From NCBI GenBank assembly GCA_963842525.1, contig CAWJGT010000032.1:32001-96000 (forward strand): 64,000 nt of DNA, read 5' to 3'. The DNA comes from an uncultured Holophagales bacterium. Lineage in GTDB: Bacteria > Acidobacteriota > Thermoanaerobaculia > Multivoradales > UBA5704. Positions 22,578 through 33,340 of this stretch are shown here, piece after piece; positions within the stretch are counted from its first letter, which is position 1, and every line of letters begins with the position of its first letter. The notes under the pieces were generated by a model. That model had not been told where the DNA came from, made no database searches, and worked only from the letters and a program-made list of their open reading frames with translations. The position numbers and the translations under genes are program-made.

Positions 22578-25500
22578 GTGGAAAGAGACAGAGCGCTCGC
22601 TCACGATCTTTTCGTCTCCCATGCGGAGGAGGACCGGTCCTGGGTGCTCGGCTTTTTCCTTCCTGCTCTCGGCCTGCCGCGCGAGCGCGTCGTGACTTCG
22701 GGTGACCTGGTCCCTGGGCGCGGCCGCATCGCCGAAATCGTGCGTGCCGTTGAGAGCAGTCGCTACACGGTAGCAGTCCTGAGCCGCTCCTATCTGGCCG
22801 ACGACTGGTCGGTGCTGACGGATGAGCTCGCTTCTCATCTGAGTGTCGCGAGCGGACCTGACGGAAACCGCATTATTCCTCTGCGGCGAGAGCCTACCGT
22901 GGAGGTCCCGCTTCACCTTGGGTTCCGGATCTGGCTGGACTGCGCCGATCCCGAGCGCGCGAACGAAGAGATCGGGCGCCTTCGCGAGCTGCTCGGCACT
23001 GCCGGACCCGGGCCGGAGGAGGCTCCTCCCGAGTGCCCCTACCCTGGTATGGTGCCCTTTACGGCAAGCCAGAGTGAGCTCTTCCACGGCCGCGAGACCG
23101 AGATTGAACGACTTCTCGATCTGATCTCGACCCACAACCGCTTGTTCGTGATCGGGCCTTCCGGGTCGGGCAAGTCGTCTCTTCTCCAGGCCGGACTTCT
23201 GCCCCGCCTCGGTGCCGGGCTCGCTGATCGCCGGCGTTCTTGGCGAGTGCTCCAGATCCGGCCGGGGCAGAAGCCGGCGGAGGTTATCCTTGCCGCGCTG
23301 CGAGCCAGCAGCGAAGCAGACATTTCCGATGCGGTTGATCGCATACTGGCCCGCGAGCCTCCTGCCGAAAAGTTGCTGCTGGTAGTCGACCCGCTCGAAG
23401 AGGTGTTCACATTGGGCGACAACGAGTCGCGGGATGGGCTCTGCCGTGTTCTTCGGGAGTTGAGGTGCGGCCGCTGCACGATCCTCCTGGCCGTGCGCGC
23501 CGATTTCTACGCAGAGCTCATGAAGCCGGACTTTTGGCCGCTGCTGGGACCGGATCAGCGTTTCCTCTTCCCGGTTGCCCCTCTGGCCGGGGAAGCACTT
23601 CGTGCGGCGATTGAAAAACCTGCGGAGGCGGTTGGAGTCTATGTTGAGCGAGCCCTCGCAGATCAGGTGATCTCCGAGGCGGCCCGCGAGCCTGGGGCTC
23701 TTCCCATGGTCCAGGAAACGCTGCGCCGGATCTGGCGCCGCCAGTGGGGCTCGGAGTGGCGAGGCAGGACCTGGCGCCTGCTGCCCCTCGCTTTGTATGA
23801 GAGCCTGGGACAGAAGGACGGTCGTACAGGCTTACAAGTGGCGCTCGCCGATCATGCCGACGCTGCTCTGGGTGGGCTCTCCACAGAGCGGCAGGCTCTG
23901 GCCCGGCGGATCTTCCTGCGTCTTGTTCAGTTCGGTGAGGGTCGACCAGATACCCGCCGTCAGCAGACGGTCAAGAGCCTGCTCGGGGATACCGATGATC
24001 CCGGCGAGGTTCGGGCGGTGATCCAACATCTGGTGGAACGCAGGCTCCTGACTCCGGCCGAGCGCGACGGGGAGAAGGCGGTGGACCTTTGCCATGAGAC
24101 TCTCATTGTTGGCTGGCCGACGCTGCAGTCATGGTTGACCGATCTCCGGTTGGCAGAGCAAAGGCGTCGGCTTCTGGTCGAGAAGGTGGCGGAGTGGAAT
24201 CGGTTGGAGCACCGAGGAGGCCTCCTGGACGAGGTGGAGCTCCGGGAAGCAACACAGTGGTTGGAGAGCCCCGAGAGCCGGGTCCTCGGCTCGGTCGCCG
24301 GCCTCAAGGACCTTGTACAGGCCAGCCATGCGATCTTGGAACGGGAGGAGAAGAGGCGCAAGCTTCGAATTGTCCTGCTTTGGGGCGCTGTAGCGGTCTT
24401 GCTGGCGGCCCTTCTGGCCACTGGCTTATTCTGGAATCGGGAGCGTCTTCAGCGGAGGGTGTCCCTGGTCCAGGCGCTGGCCGCGCGCGCCAACCGCTTG
24501 ATCGCGCAGGAGCGCGATCCGGAGCTGGCCGGCCTCCTCGCGGTGCAGAGCTATCGGCTGCTTAAGAAGAATCAGGGTGAAGCTCACCTCCCGCAAGTCG
24601 ATGAGGTGCTGCGGTCCGTGCTCGCTGACAAGGATTTCAGCACCGGGCTCGACGCCGGCATCGAGGTGAGCGACATGGCCCTGAGCGGCGATGGGCGCCT
24701 GCTCGCAGCCAGCGGCCCCGGGGGTGCGCTCCGGGTTTGGGATTTGGCCCGCCCGGGCACGCCGCCGCGGGTTCTGAAGAGCGGGACGGGCCAGGTAAAC
24801 AAAACCGGGGAGGGCCGGGTATTCGTGAGCTTCCACCCCTCTCAACCCCTGCTGGCGGCTATGGGAGACGATGGAATCCGCCTGTGGGATTTTGCAGAGG
24901 CTCAGCCGCGTGTTCAACTGCTGACCGATCGTAGTGTCTTCCGTGGCGGCATACTCTTCTCCTCTGATGGTGGACGTCTGTTTTTTCTCGGTCGCGGTGG
25001 GACTGCCAACATTTGGGATGTTAAGCGTGGGACGGAGAGAACGCTGCCCTCCGGAGATTCCGAAGAGTGGATCGGGAGGCTGTCACTGAGCGGGGATGGG
25101 AAACGGCTCGTCGGCGTAGGAGACAATGTGCTTCTGGTTTGGGACACGGAGCATCTCGACCGGCGGCCCAGAACCTTCGCCTTCGATGGGACGGAGCTCG
25201 GCGCACGTCTTGACCTGGCTGTGGACTCTGGGGGTGCTCGGGTGGCGACCCTCCGGCTTGGAAGTATTGTGCTCAACGATCTCGCGCAGCCGGGCGAAGA
25301 GCCGGTCAGTCTTCCTATCCCCGGACAACCGAATTCGGTCGCCTTTTCCCCAGACGGACAGACTTTGGCAGCGGGAAACCTCGACGGCGACATCTTCTTG
25401 TGGGATCTCAAGGCTCTCAAGCCGGAGCAGAAGCCGCGGGTGCTTCGTGGGCACGGCCAGAACGTCCGGGTCCTTCGCTTCGACCGGCAGAGCCGCTGGC

Positions 25501-26573
25501 TGATCTCGGGCAGCTTCGACCGGACGGTCCGTCGGTGGAACCTGACGCAGAGAGCGGAAGAGCCGCAAGTCTTCTTCGGTCGAGACAAAGAAGTGTCGTC
25601 GCTGGCCTTCACTCCTGACGGCGCGGCACTCGCTTTCAGCGGAGTCGGTGGCCTCCGGTTCCAGCTCCTCGGCGGCTCGCCAGCCGTTTTCCCGCCTATC
25701 GAGATGGGAGAGGTAAGCTCCATTGCTTTCGATCTTCACCGCGGCGCTCTTGCTCTCGCCGCGAGCGGTGTCGTCGTGCTGGTCCCCGATCCTCATTCCC
25801 CGAACAACCGGAGCGAGCTGCCGGTCGGCGCTCCTGTGTCCGATATCGCCTTCCATCCGGACGGCACTGTGCTGGCTTGGGCGGGCGAGAGAACCGTGGA
25901 CGTCCACCGGATCGGCGGTCCGCCGACCTACCTGTCGGTCAGGGTGAAGCATCTTTTTTACCCGCTGAGTTTGGCCTTTGACCCGGACGGGGAAGCCCTG
26001 GCAGTCGCCAGCTACGAAGGGGTGTTTCTGTGGCCGTCATTCCGGCACGGAACGGAGGCCGGCCAGCCGCTCCGTCTACCGAGCCCGGTTCGTTCCTGGT
26101 ATGCAACGGAAATCAGTCCGGAAGGCAGGTGGCTGGCGGCCGGGGGGGGAAGCGGTGCGCTGGGGCTCTGGGAAATGGACCACCCCACCGATGAGCCACG
26201 GCTTCTCGTCGGCCCTCGCGGGTCGGTGTGGGCCGTCGCCTTCGACCGGGAACATCGACTGGCCAGCGCCGGGCAGGACGGGATCGTACGGCTCTGGGAC
26301 CTTCATAGGCCCGACGACGAGCCCGTGGCTCTTCACGGTGGAGGCCGGCCTCTCAAGACCGTGGCGTTCAGCCCGGATGGGAGTCTGGTGGCCGCCGCAG
26401 GCGAGGATGGCCTGCTGCGGGTCTGGACGGTCAGCACCGAGACGCTGGTTGACCGCGTCTGCGCCCTGGCCCGGCGCAACCTGTCTTTGGACGAGTGGCG
26501 GCTCTACGTCGGTGGCGATGTCGAATACGAATTGACGTGCCCGGAGCTTCCCTCCGGGGCCGGAGTGAATTGA
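22578..26573 (+). CDS. TIR - nSTAND1 NTPase - TM - WD40 repeat protein
   Basis: DLFVSHAEED (TIR); CPYPGM..F, GRE, GPSGSGKSS (Walker A), VVDPLEE, VRADF, GALP, HETL..W; hydrophobic segment; many WD40 units (LRGHGQNV..., SGSFDRTVRRW, SAGQDGIVRLWD); C-terminal VC..ARRNLSLDEW. Confidence 0.92.
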   Translation: MERDRALAHDLFVSHAEEDRSWVLGFFLPALGLPRERVVTSGDLVPGRGRIAEIVRAVESSRYTVAVLSRSYLADDWSVLTDELASHLSVASGPDGNRIIPLRREPTVEVPLHLGFRIWLDCADPERANEEIGRLRELLGTAGPGPEEAPPECPYPGMVPFTASQSELFHGRETEIERLLDLISTHNRLFVIGPSGSGKSSLLQAGLLPRLGAGLADRRRSWRVLQIRPGQKPAEVILAALRASSEADISDAVDRILAREPPAEKLLLVVDPLEEVFTLGDNESRDGLCRVLRELRCGRCTILLAVRADFYAELMKPDFWPLLGPDQRFLFPVAPLAGEALRAAIEKPAEAVGVYVERALADQVISEAAREPGALPMVQETLRRIWRRQWGSEWRGRTWRLLPLALYESLGQKDGRTGLQVALADHADAALGGLSTERQALARRIFLRLVQFGEGRPDTRRQQTVKSLLGDTDDPGEVRAVIQHLVERRLLTPAERDGEKAVDLCHETLIVGWPTLQSWLTDLRLAEQRRRLLVEKVAEWNRLEHRGGLLDEVELREATQWLESPESRVLGSVAGLKDLVQASHAILEREEKRRKLRIVLLWGAVAVLLAALLATGLFWNRERLQRRVSLVQALAARANRLIAQERDPELAGLLAVQSYRLLKKNQGEAHLPQVDEVLRSVLADKDFSTGLDAGIEVSDMALSGDGRLLAASGPGGALRVWDLARPGTPPRVLKSGTGQVNKTGEGRVFVSFHPSQPLLAAMGDDGIRLWDFAEAQPRVQLLTDRSVFRGGILFSSDGGRLFFLGRGGTANIWDVKRGTERTLPSGDSEEWIGRLSLSGDGKRLVGVGDNVLLVWDTEHLDRRPRTFAFDGTELGARLDLAVDSGGARVATLRLGSIVLNDLAQPGEEPVSLPIPGQPNSVAFSPDGQTLAAGNLDGDIFLWDLKALKPEQKPRVLRGHGQNVRVLRFDRQSRWLISGSFDRTVRRWNLTQRAEEPQVFFGRDKEVSSLAFTPDGAALAFSGVGGLRFQLLGGSPAVFPPIEMGEVSSIAFDLHRGALALAASGVVVLVPDPHSPNNRSELPVGAPVSDIAFHPDGTVLAWAGERTVDVHRIGGPPTYLSVRVKHLFYPLSLAFDPDGEALAVASYEGVFLWPSFRHGTEAGQPLRLPSPVRSWYATEISPEGRWLAAGGGSGALGLWEMDHPTDEPRLLVGPRGSVWAVAFDREHRLASAGQDGIVRLWDLHRPDDEPVALHGGGRPLKTVAFSPDGSLVAAAGEDGLLRVWTVSTETLVDRVCALARRNLSLDEWRLYVGGDVEYELTCPELPSGAGVN

Positions 26574-26579
26574 GCCACG

Positions 26580-27017
26580 ATGACCGTATCGCGCAGGATC
26601 TCGTTTGATGTCTTCGTCAGCTATCGGCAGAGGGATCCGGACCGCACGTGGGTGCGGGAGAGGCTTGTTCCCGCCTTGTCTGCGGCCGGTCTCCGCATCT
26701 TCGTCGATTACCAGAGCTTTCGTTTGGGAGCCCCTCTGGTTCGCGAGATGGAGCGGGCCGTCGAGGCGAGCCGCTATACCCTTGCCGTCCTCTCGCCGGC
26801 CTATCTGGAGAGCAACTTCACGGATCTTGAGCGGGTTATGGCGCAGCACCTCGGAGTTGAGCGTAGCGAAACCCGCTTGGTGGCCGTTCTGCTCCAGCCC
26901 TGCACCCCGCCTTTGAGCGTCCGGGCGTGCCTGTATCTCGACATGACGGACGAGGCCCGGTTTGACGAACAGATCGCTGTACTTGTCGAACAGCTCCGGC
27001 AGGAGCCCAATATGTGA
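26580..27017 (+). CDS. Stand-alone TIR domain protein
   Basis: FDVFVSY, RIFVDYQSFRLG, AVLSPAYLESNFTDLE (Glu at the usual catalytic position). Confidence 0.9.
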   Translation: MTVSRRISFDVFVSYRQRDPDRTWVRERLVPALSAAGLRIFVDYQSFRLGAPLVREMERAVEASRYTLAVLSPAYLESNFTDLERVMAQHLGVERSETRLVAVLLQPCTPPLSVRACLYLDMTDEARFDEQIAVLVEQLRQEPNM

Positions 27018-27193
27018 CCGCGGTCGGTCAGCAAAGCAGGATCGCGAGGAGTTGGTCACTGACACGAAACGTGGTGGCTCGTAGACGCTCGACAGCGGCA
27101 CCCGGGATCGACGAGGCTCTTCTCGATTGCCATGTCGAGGACTCCGATCAGGCCGGTGATGGACAGCCCCCGATCCCAGGCGAGGTGGCAACT

Positions 27194-27403
27194 GCCGAAA
27201 GTACCGGATCAACGGCAAGGGGCTGGACAACCGGGGCGGCTTCCGCTGGGTCCATGCCGCCGAAGGGCACTTCGTTGACGTGGAGATCGACCTGCCGGAC
27301 AAATCCGGACTGGAAGACCTTCAAGTTTCAGCTCCTGAAGGTCGAGGAGATGGACGTCCCAGCCTGGGAGCGCTTCATGAAGGATCAGCTCGCGGCCCCT
27401 TGA
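27194..27403 (+). pseudogene. 3' gene fragment; direct-repeat copy 2 of 20905-21113
   Basis: No matching 5' part; a 1-bp insertion near 27301 breaks the frame. Confidence 0.85.
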
Positions 27404-27459
27404 GCCGGCGCGGGATGGCTTCAGGACGTTTCTCCCTGTGACCGGGACGATCTACAGTT

Positions 27460-28010
27460 TGTAGAGGACGGCGCGCGGCTCAATCCGGGCGGTCGAGATC
27501 GGGCTGATGACGAGCCTGTCTGCGCACAGGACGGATTGGAGCGCACTGCGGGCGGTGCTGAACGTGTTTCCCCCGATCCTCCTCGCACTGCGGACGATCC
27601 GGATTGCGTAGAGGACGGTTCTCGATGCGCAGCGGATGGAGCAGAACGAGTTACGAACGGTTCCAAGCGGGCAACGAACCGTCCTGAACACATTGCGGAT
27701 CGTCCGGAACGGGCAGCGAACCGTCCGCAGCGCATAGCGGACGGTTCTGAATGGCCTCCGAACCGTCCTTAGCGCGTTTCGGATGGTTCTGAACGGGCAT
27801 CGAATCATCCGGAACGCATAGCGGACGGTTCTGAACGCACAACGAACCGTCCGGAATACGTTCCGGATGATCCTGAACGGGCAGCGAACCGTCCTGAACG
27901 CACCCCGTGTCGCGCGGAACGCGTTCAACACCGTCCGCAACGCGATTGGAACCGTCTGCAACGCGGTCGACGTCGTGCCGAACGCGTCGCCGGGATAGAG
28001 GACGACGGCA
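27460..28010. repeat. Degenerate 21-bp tandem array (>20 units) with partial 84-bp higher-order period
   Basis: Minus-strand frame reads heptads RTVRCPF/RIIRNVF/RTVRCAF/RTVRYAF...; GAACCGTCC and GGACGGTTC motifs recur. Confidence 0.9.
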
Positions 28011-28051
28011 CGCATAGTACCTCCGGAGCAAGACTAGCAGAGGCTCCGGAT

Positions 28052-28801
28052 CTACGCCTCCCCCTGCCCCCACAGCACCGCCGTCAGGTCCCGCACGAGA
28101 TTTTCGTTCGAGAGGTGCGGAGCGTCGATGCCGAGGCGCTGGCGGTAGTGGCTGCCGACCTCTTCCATCAGGTCGTAGCGGGCGCTCTCGGTCAGGCGGT
28201 CGGCGCGCAGGCAGAGGGTGAGGAGGAACTCGCGCTCTTCCAGACTGACACGCTGGCGGACGCGGCGCTGCAGGGCCGGGGTGCGCAGGACGTTGAAGCG
28301 GCGGTCGAGGCGCAGGTCGCCCTGGGGACGGAGGGGGATGCGCTCCTGGACGACCAGTGTGTCGGCCACGATGTCGCCCAGGCGGCGGCGGTCGCGGTCG
28401 ATCAGCGAGACCAGCCCGCCGAGGCCGTAGAAAGCCGGCGCGAAGTCGAGCGCCCGGACGATGTTGCGCACGAACGACTGCTCCAGCCGGATGGGGAGCC
28501 CGCGGCCGTCCACCACCCGCAGCTTGGTCATCCGCTTGCCGATCGTGCGGCCCTGGTGGCGCAGCTCGAACCAGATGTGATACCCGGTGAAGATCACGAA
28601 GGTGAAGGTGACCTGCAGGGCCTGCTGCACGCCCTGAGGGAGGAAGGTCACCCGCAGGAGCGTGTTGAGCAGGGAGACGATGGCCAGCGAAATGGCGAAG
28701 TCGATGAGCAGAGCGAGGAAGCGGCTTCCCAGGCCCGCCGGGGTCAGGCGGATCTGGACGTGCTCCGGCGTGAGGACCCGCCGCTCGGTCTGGACTCTCA
28801 T
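28052..28801 (-). CDS. RDD family membrane protein
   Basis: TPEHV, AGLGSRFLALLID, GRTIGK, RRLGDIVADTLVV. Confidence 0.9.
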   Translation of the reverse strand: MRVQTERRVLTPEHVQIRLTPAGLGSRFLALLIDFAISLAIVSLLNTLLRVTFLPQGVQQALQVTFTFVIFTGYHIWFELRHQGRTIGKRMTKLRVVDGRGLPIRLEQSFVRNIVRALDFAPAFYGLGGLVSLIDRDRRRLGDIVADTLVVQERIPLRPQGDLRLDRRFNVLRTPALQRRVRQRVSLEEREFLLTLCLRADRLTESARYDLMEEVGSHYRQRLGIDAPHLSNENLVRDLTAVLWGQGEA

Positions 28802-29823
28802 GGCGCCCCTGTCCCCGTCGACGTTCCCATCTTGCGGTCGCGCGGCAGGAAGAGGTAGATCAAAAGGCCGGCGTGCAGCAGCGCCGCCACCGCGATCTTC
28901 AGGGAGTAGGGCACGGTCTTGGCCGAAAACTGGGAGAAGGAGCCCTCGATCAGCCCGGCGATGACGAGGAAGACCATCACGCCCACCATCATGCGCCAGA
29001 CCGCTGGAAAGACGCGCCGCAGAGAAGCGCCCCGGGAGAGCTCGCCCGGCAGGAAGAGCGCCCGGCCGGCGACCAGGCCCGCGGCGCCCGCGAAGACGAT
29101 CGACGGCAGCTCGATGGCCCCGTGCGGGCCCACCCAGGCGAGGAAGAAGACGCTCACCCCATCGAGCACGTACTGCGTGGCGATCGCTCCCAGGATGATG
29201 CCGTTGTAGAAAAGGATCCAGACGCCGCCTACCAGGGTCAGGGCGCCCAGGCTGAAGGCGAGGAACGAGACCTTGATGTTGTGGGTGTAGAGCTGCGCTC
29301 CGAAGAGGGCGGCGTCTTCGACCCTCGCGATCCGCTCCTCGTTCTTCTCGATCTGCTCGACGCGCTCGCGCGGGCTCTGGGTGAAGAAGTCCTGCGGGAT
29401 CAGGTCTTCGGCGGAGTAGGGACTGGCCAGCACCACGCCGGCCCCGAAGAGCGCGCCGAGCAGCAGCGCGGCGGCGGCGGATACCACGGCCATGGCGTGC
29501 CGCTGGAACGCCTCGGGGACTTTCGACCCGAGGAAGTCGGCGATTTCCCGCAGTGCTCCCTGGATTCCCCGGCCCCGCCGCGGCCGGTAGATGAAGCGGT
29601 AGCCGCGGCCGGCCAGGGCGTTCAGCCGCTCGAGCAGCTCGGGGTCGGCCGTCAGCGAACGCGCCTGGTTCAGGTCGGACGAGGTCAGCCGGTAGAGGCG
29701 GAGCAGCTCGCGCATCCCCTCCGGGCCGACCTCCCGCTCGGGAGAGCTCTCGGCGCGGTCCAACAGCTCTTCAAGCCGCCGCCAGCGCGGCTCCCGGTCC
29801 TGGAGAAAGCGTTCGATGTCCAT
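28798..29823 (-). CDS. Stage II sporulation protein M (DUF95)-like membrane protein
   Basis: W..LE.LL N-terminus, LYRLTSSDL, THNIKVSFLAF, YNG..LG, PHGAIEL, AGLIEG. Confidence 0.9.
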   Translation of the reverse strand: MDIERFLQDREPRWRRLEELLDRAESSPEREVGPEGMRELLRLYRLTSSDLNQARSLTADPELLERLNALAGRGYRFIYRPRRGRGIQGALREIADFLGSKVPEAFQRHAMAVVSAAAALLLGALFGAGVVLASPYSAEDLIPQDFFTQSPRERVEQIEKNEERIARVEDAALFGAQLYTHNIKVSFLAFSLGALTLVGGVWILFYNGIILGAIATQYVLDGVSVFFLAWVGPHGAIELPSIVFAGAAGLVAGRALFLPGELSRGASLRRVFPAVWRMMVGVMVFLVIAGLIEGSFSQFSAKTVPYSLKIAVAALLHAGLLIYLFLPRDRKMGTSTGTGAP

Positions 29824-29836
29824 GGCTCGGATCCCT

Positions 29837-31170
29837 CTAGAGGAGCTGCCGCCTCTTGACTTCCAGATAGCTGTTGACCGCCTCGACACCGGCGTCACCC
29901 GGCGCGGTCTCGACCACCAGGGCTCCGCGCCGCCGGAGGTCGGCGAGGGTGCGCCGCCGCTCGATCCACAGGTCGTGCGCCACCAGGGTGCGGCAGAGCT
30001 CCGGCTTGTCCTGAGGCCTGAATTGGGCCGCGGCGGCGAGCCCGGGGTCCGAGAAGACGATCACCACCGGCAGGTGCTGGGGGACGATCATGTCGACCGT
30101 CCGCGCCAGGGTCCGTTCGTCTTCGAGCTCGGGCAGGGCGGTGAGGACGAGGACCAGGGCCCGGCTGCGGAGCCGCCGCCGGAGATGGGCGCCCAGGGCC
30201 AGGTAGTCGGTATGCCGGTATTCCGGGCTCACGCCCGCCGCGAAGCCGGTCAGCTTGCGCAGATGGCTGCTGCCGCGCCCCTGGCCGAGCCCCTGCTCGA
30301 CGTCGTCGGCGAAGGAGAGGAGGCCCACCCGGTCCTCCATCCGGTTGCAGAGGGAAGCGAGGAGCACGGCGGCGTTGACTGCATGATCGAGCCGGGTAAT
30401 CTGCGCCACCCGCGCGGCCATGCGGTGCCCGCGGTCGAGGCAGATCAGGATGTCCTGCGACCGGTCCAGCCGGTACTCGCGGGTGATCAGCTTGCGGTGC
30501 CGCGCCGATGCCTTCCACGCCACGTCGCGCAGGTCGTCCCCCAGCACGTACTCGCGCAGGCGGTCGAAATCGCGCCCCTTGCCCAGGCTCGGCGCCGCGC
30601 GGTTGCCGAGCCCCTGGAGGAAGAGGCGGTCGAGCCGCCCGCGCAGCCGGCGCACGGCCTTGAGGCTCGGCAGGACGGTGATCTCTGTCCGCGTGGCCTT
30701 TTTGGCCCCGGAGTCTGGCGAGGCGGCGTCGGCTGGAGCCACCCGTTCCGCCCAGCCGTTGAACGTCGCCGCCACCCACAGCGGAGCGAGGGAGGCTGTG
30801 CCGCGCGCGATGGCCCGCACCGAGGCGTCCAGGGACAGCACCTCCCCGGGCCGGCAGATCCCTGCGAGCCGCGTCGAAGGTTGAGACAGAAGATCCGGCC
30901 AGACCTGACGCAGGGCGAGGCGGACCGGGCGCGCGGCCGAGGTCGACACGCGCAAGGGGAGGATCTCCTCCTCGTCGAGGGAGAGCACGATCGCCTCCGG
31001 CCGGTCGGTAGTGATGCGCAGCCTGCGCAGCGCGAGCGCCTCGCTGGCCGCGACGGCGAGGAGCGCCAGCAGGCCGAGCAGCACGAGCCAGGCGGCCTCC
31101 GGCACAAACGGCACCAGGAGGGCCAGGAGGCCCAGGGCGCCGAAAGCCCGGATGAAGCGCGGCCCCGGCC

Positions 31171-31174
<4 letters not shown>
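29837..31174 (-). CDS. DUF58 (vWA-like) protein
   Basis: FDRLREYVLGDDLRDVAWKASAR, LDRGHRM, DRVGL. Confidence 0.9.
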
Positions 31175-32116
<942 letters not shown>

Positions 32117-32133
<17 letters not shown>

Positions 32134-33340
32134 CCTGGAGTCTCCCGAAAGCCTGATTGAGGGTCGCTAGGACCCGGTCGAAGCGCCCGCGCGAAAGGTC
32201 ATTGGCCGCCGGCTCGCTCCCGCCGGCGGCTGCAAGGAGCTGCTGGGCGCGGGCTTCGAGCGCCGGGCCGCGCAGCCCTGTTTCGGCTGCGACAGTCTGG
32301 ACGAAGCTCTCGCGGTAGAGGCGGAGGGCGTCCGCCTGGTCGAGGGCACGGTCGTAGAGGTCCGCCAGCGAATCGAGGAGCTCGACCGCCTCCGAGCGGC
32401 TTTCTCGATCGTCGCGGTCTGGCGGCCCGATCCGCACTCCCGCGCGCCAGACGGTGGCGGCCGCGCCGAGCATGGCGAGCAGCAGCAGGGGGCCAAATCC
32501 CCAGTCCCCGAGGGTCTCCGCGACGCCGGACGCGTCCCCCAGGCCGTGGGCGCGCTCGTCGAAGCGGACGGGACGCCCTGCCGCGACGCCGGCCAGTGCC
32601 TCGAGCAGCGCGAGGTGGTGCCCCTTGCCCAGCAGCCCGTTCTGCAGGATCTCCGGGCAGGAGAGGAGGAAGACCTCGCCGGCGCCCAGCGGGATCCGGA
32701 CGACGATCGGCGCCTCGCCATCCAGGACCACGGCGTGGGCGCCCGCAAGCGCCGGGCCCCCCAGCACCATCCGTTCGTCCGGTTGAAGGTCGGCGAGGCC
32801 AGGCCAGAGCGGGAAGACCTTGCGCACCGCCAGTTTCTTCTTCTTGTCGACCTCTTCCACCCAGAGGGGGCCATAGAAGCGGTCCAACCCGAGCACCAGG
32901 CGTCCCCCGGCGCGCACCCAGGCCTCCTCGCCTTCGGTGAGCAGAGGCGTGGCGCGCTTGTCCTGCTCCTTCTTCTCTTTCGCCTTCTCCTCGGCCCCGC
33001 GCTCGTCCTTTTCGTCCTTCCCGTCCGTTTTTTCCTTTTCGTCCTCTTCCCTTTCAGGGAGCAGAAAAGGCACCACGGTCGGCCGGACCCGGAAGAGCAC
33101 CCCGTGCCGTGGGAGCGACTGAGGATCGGCCCGGCGGTGGAGCGTCGCAGCGGCGTCCCGCCCGGCTCCCTTTGCCCGGAGATAGCCATAGGCCAGGGAG
33201 AGCCCCTTGTCGCCGGTGTTGAAGACCGAGCCGGGATCGAACACCTCGCGGATCGACCGGCGGTCGTAGCGCACCCAGACCACCACGCCAAGGAGATAGG
33301 CCGCGACCGCCGCCAGCAGCAGCCAGGTGCCTCGCCTCAT
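32117..33340 (-). CDS. DUF4350 domain membrane protein
   Basis: PGSVFNTGDKGL, WVRAGGRLV, GAGEV, N..L, FDE.AHG, TM segment, LADLY; typical position in a MoxR cluster. Confidence 0.75.

Noticed and set aside
20905-27403. Diversity-generating retroelement TR/VR pair
   Set aside because: Mismatches are not adenine-specific, an indel is present, and there is no reverse transcriptase nearby.
27014-27403. 129-aa ORF as a third gene of the TIR operon
   Set aside because: Chimeric: only the last ~35 codons match the duplicated fragment in frame.
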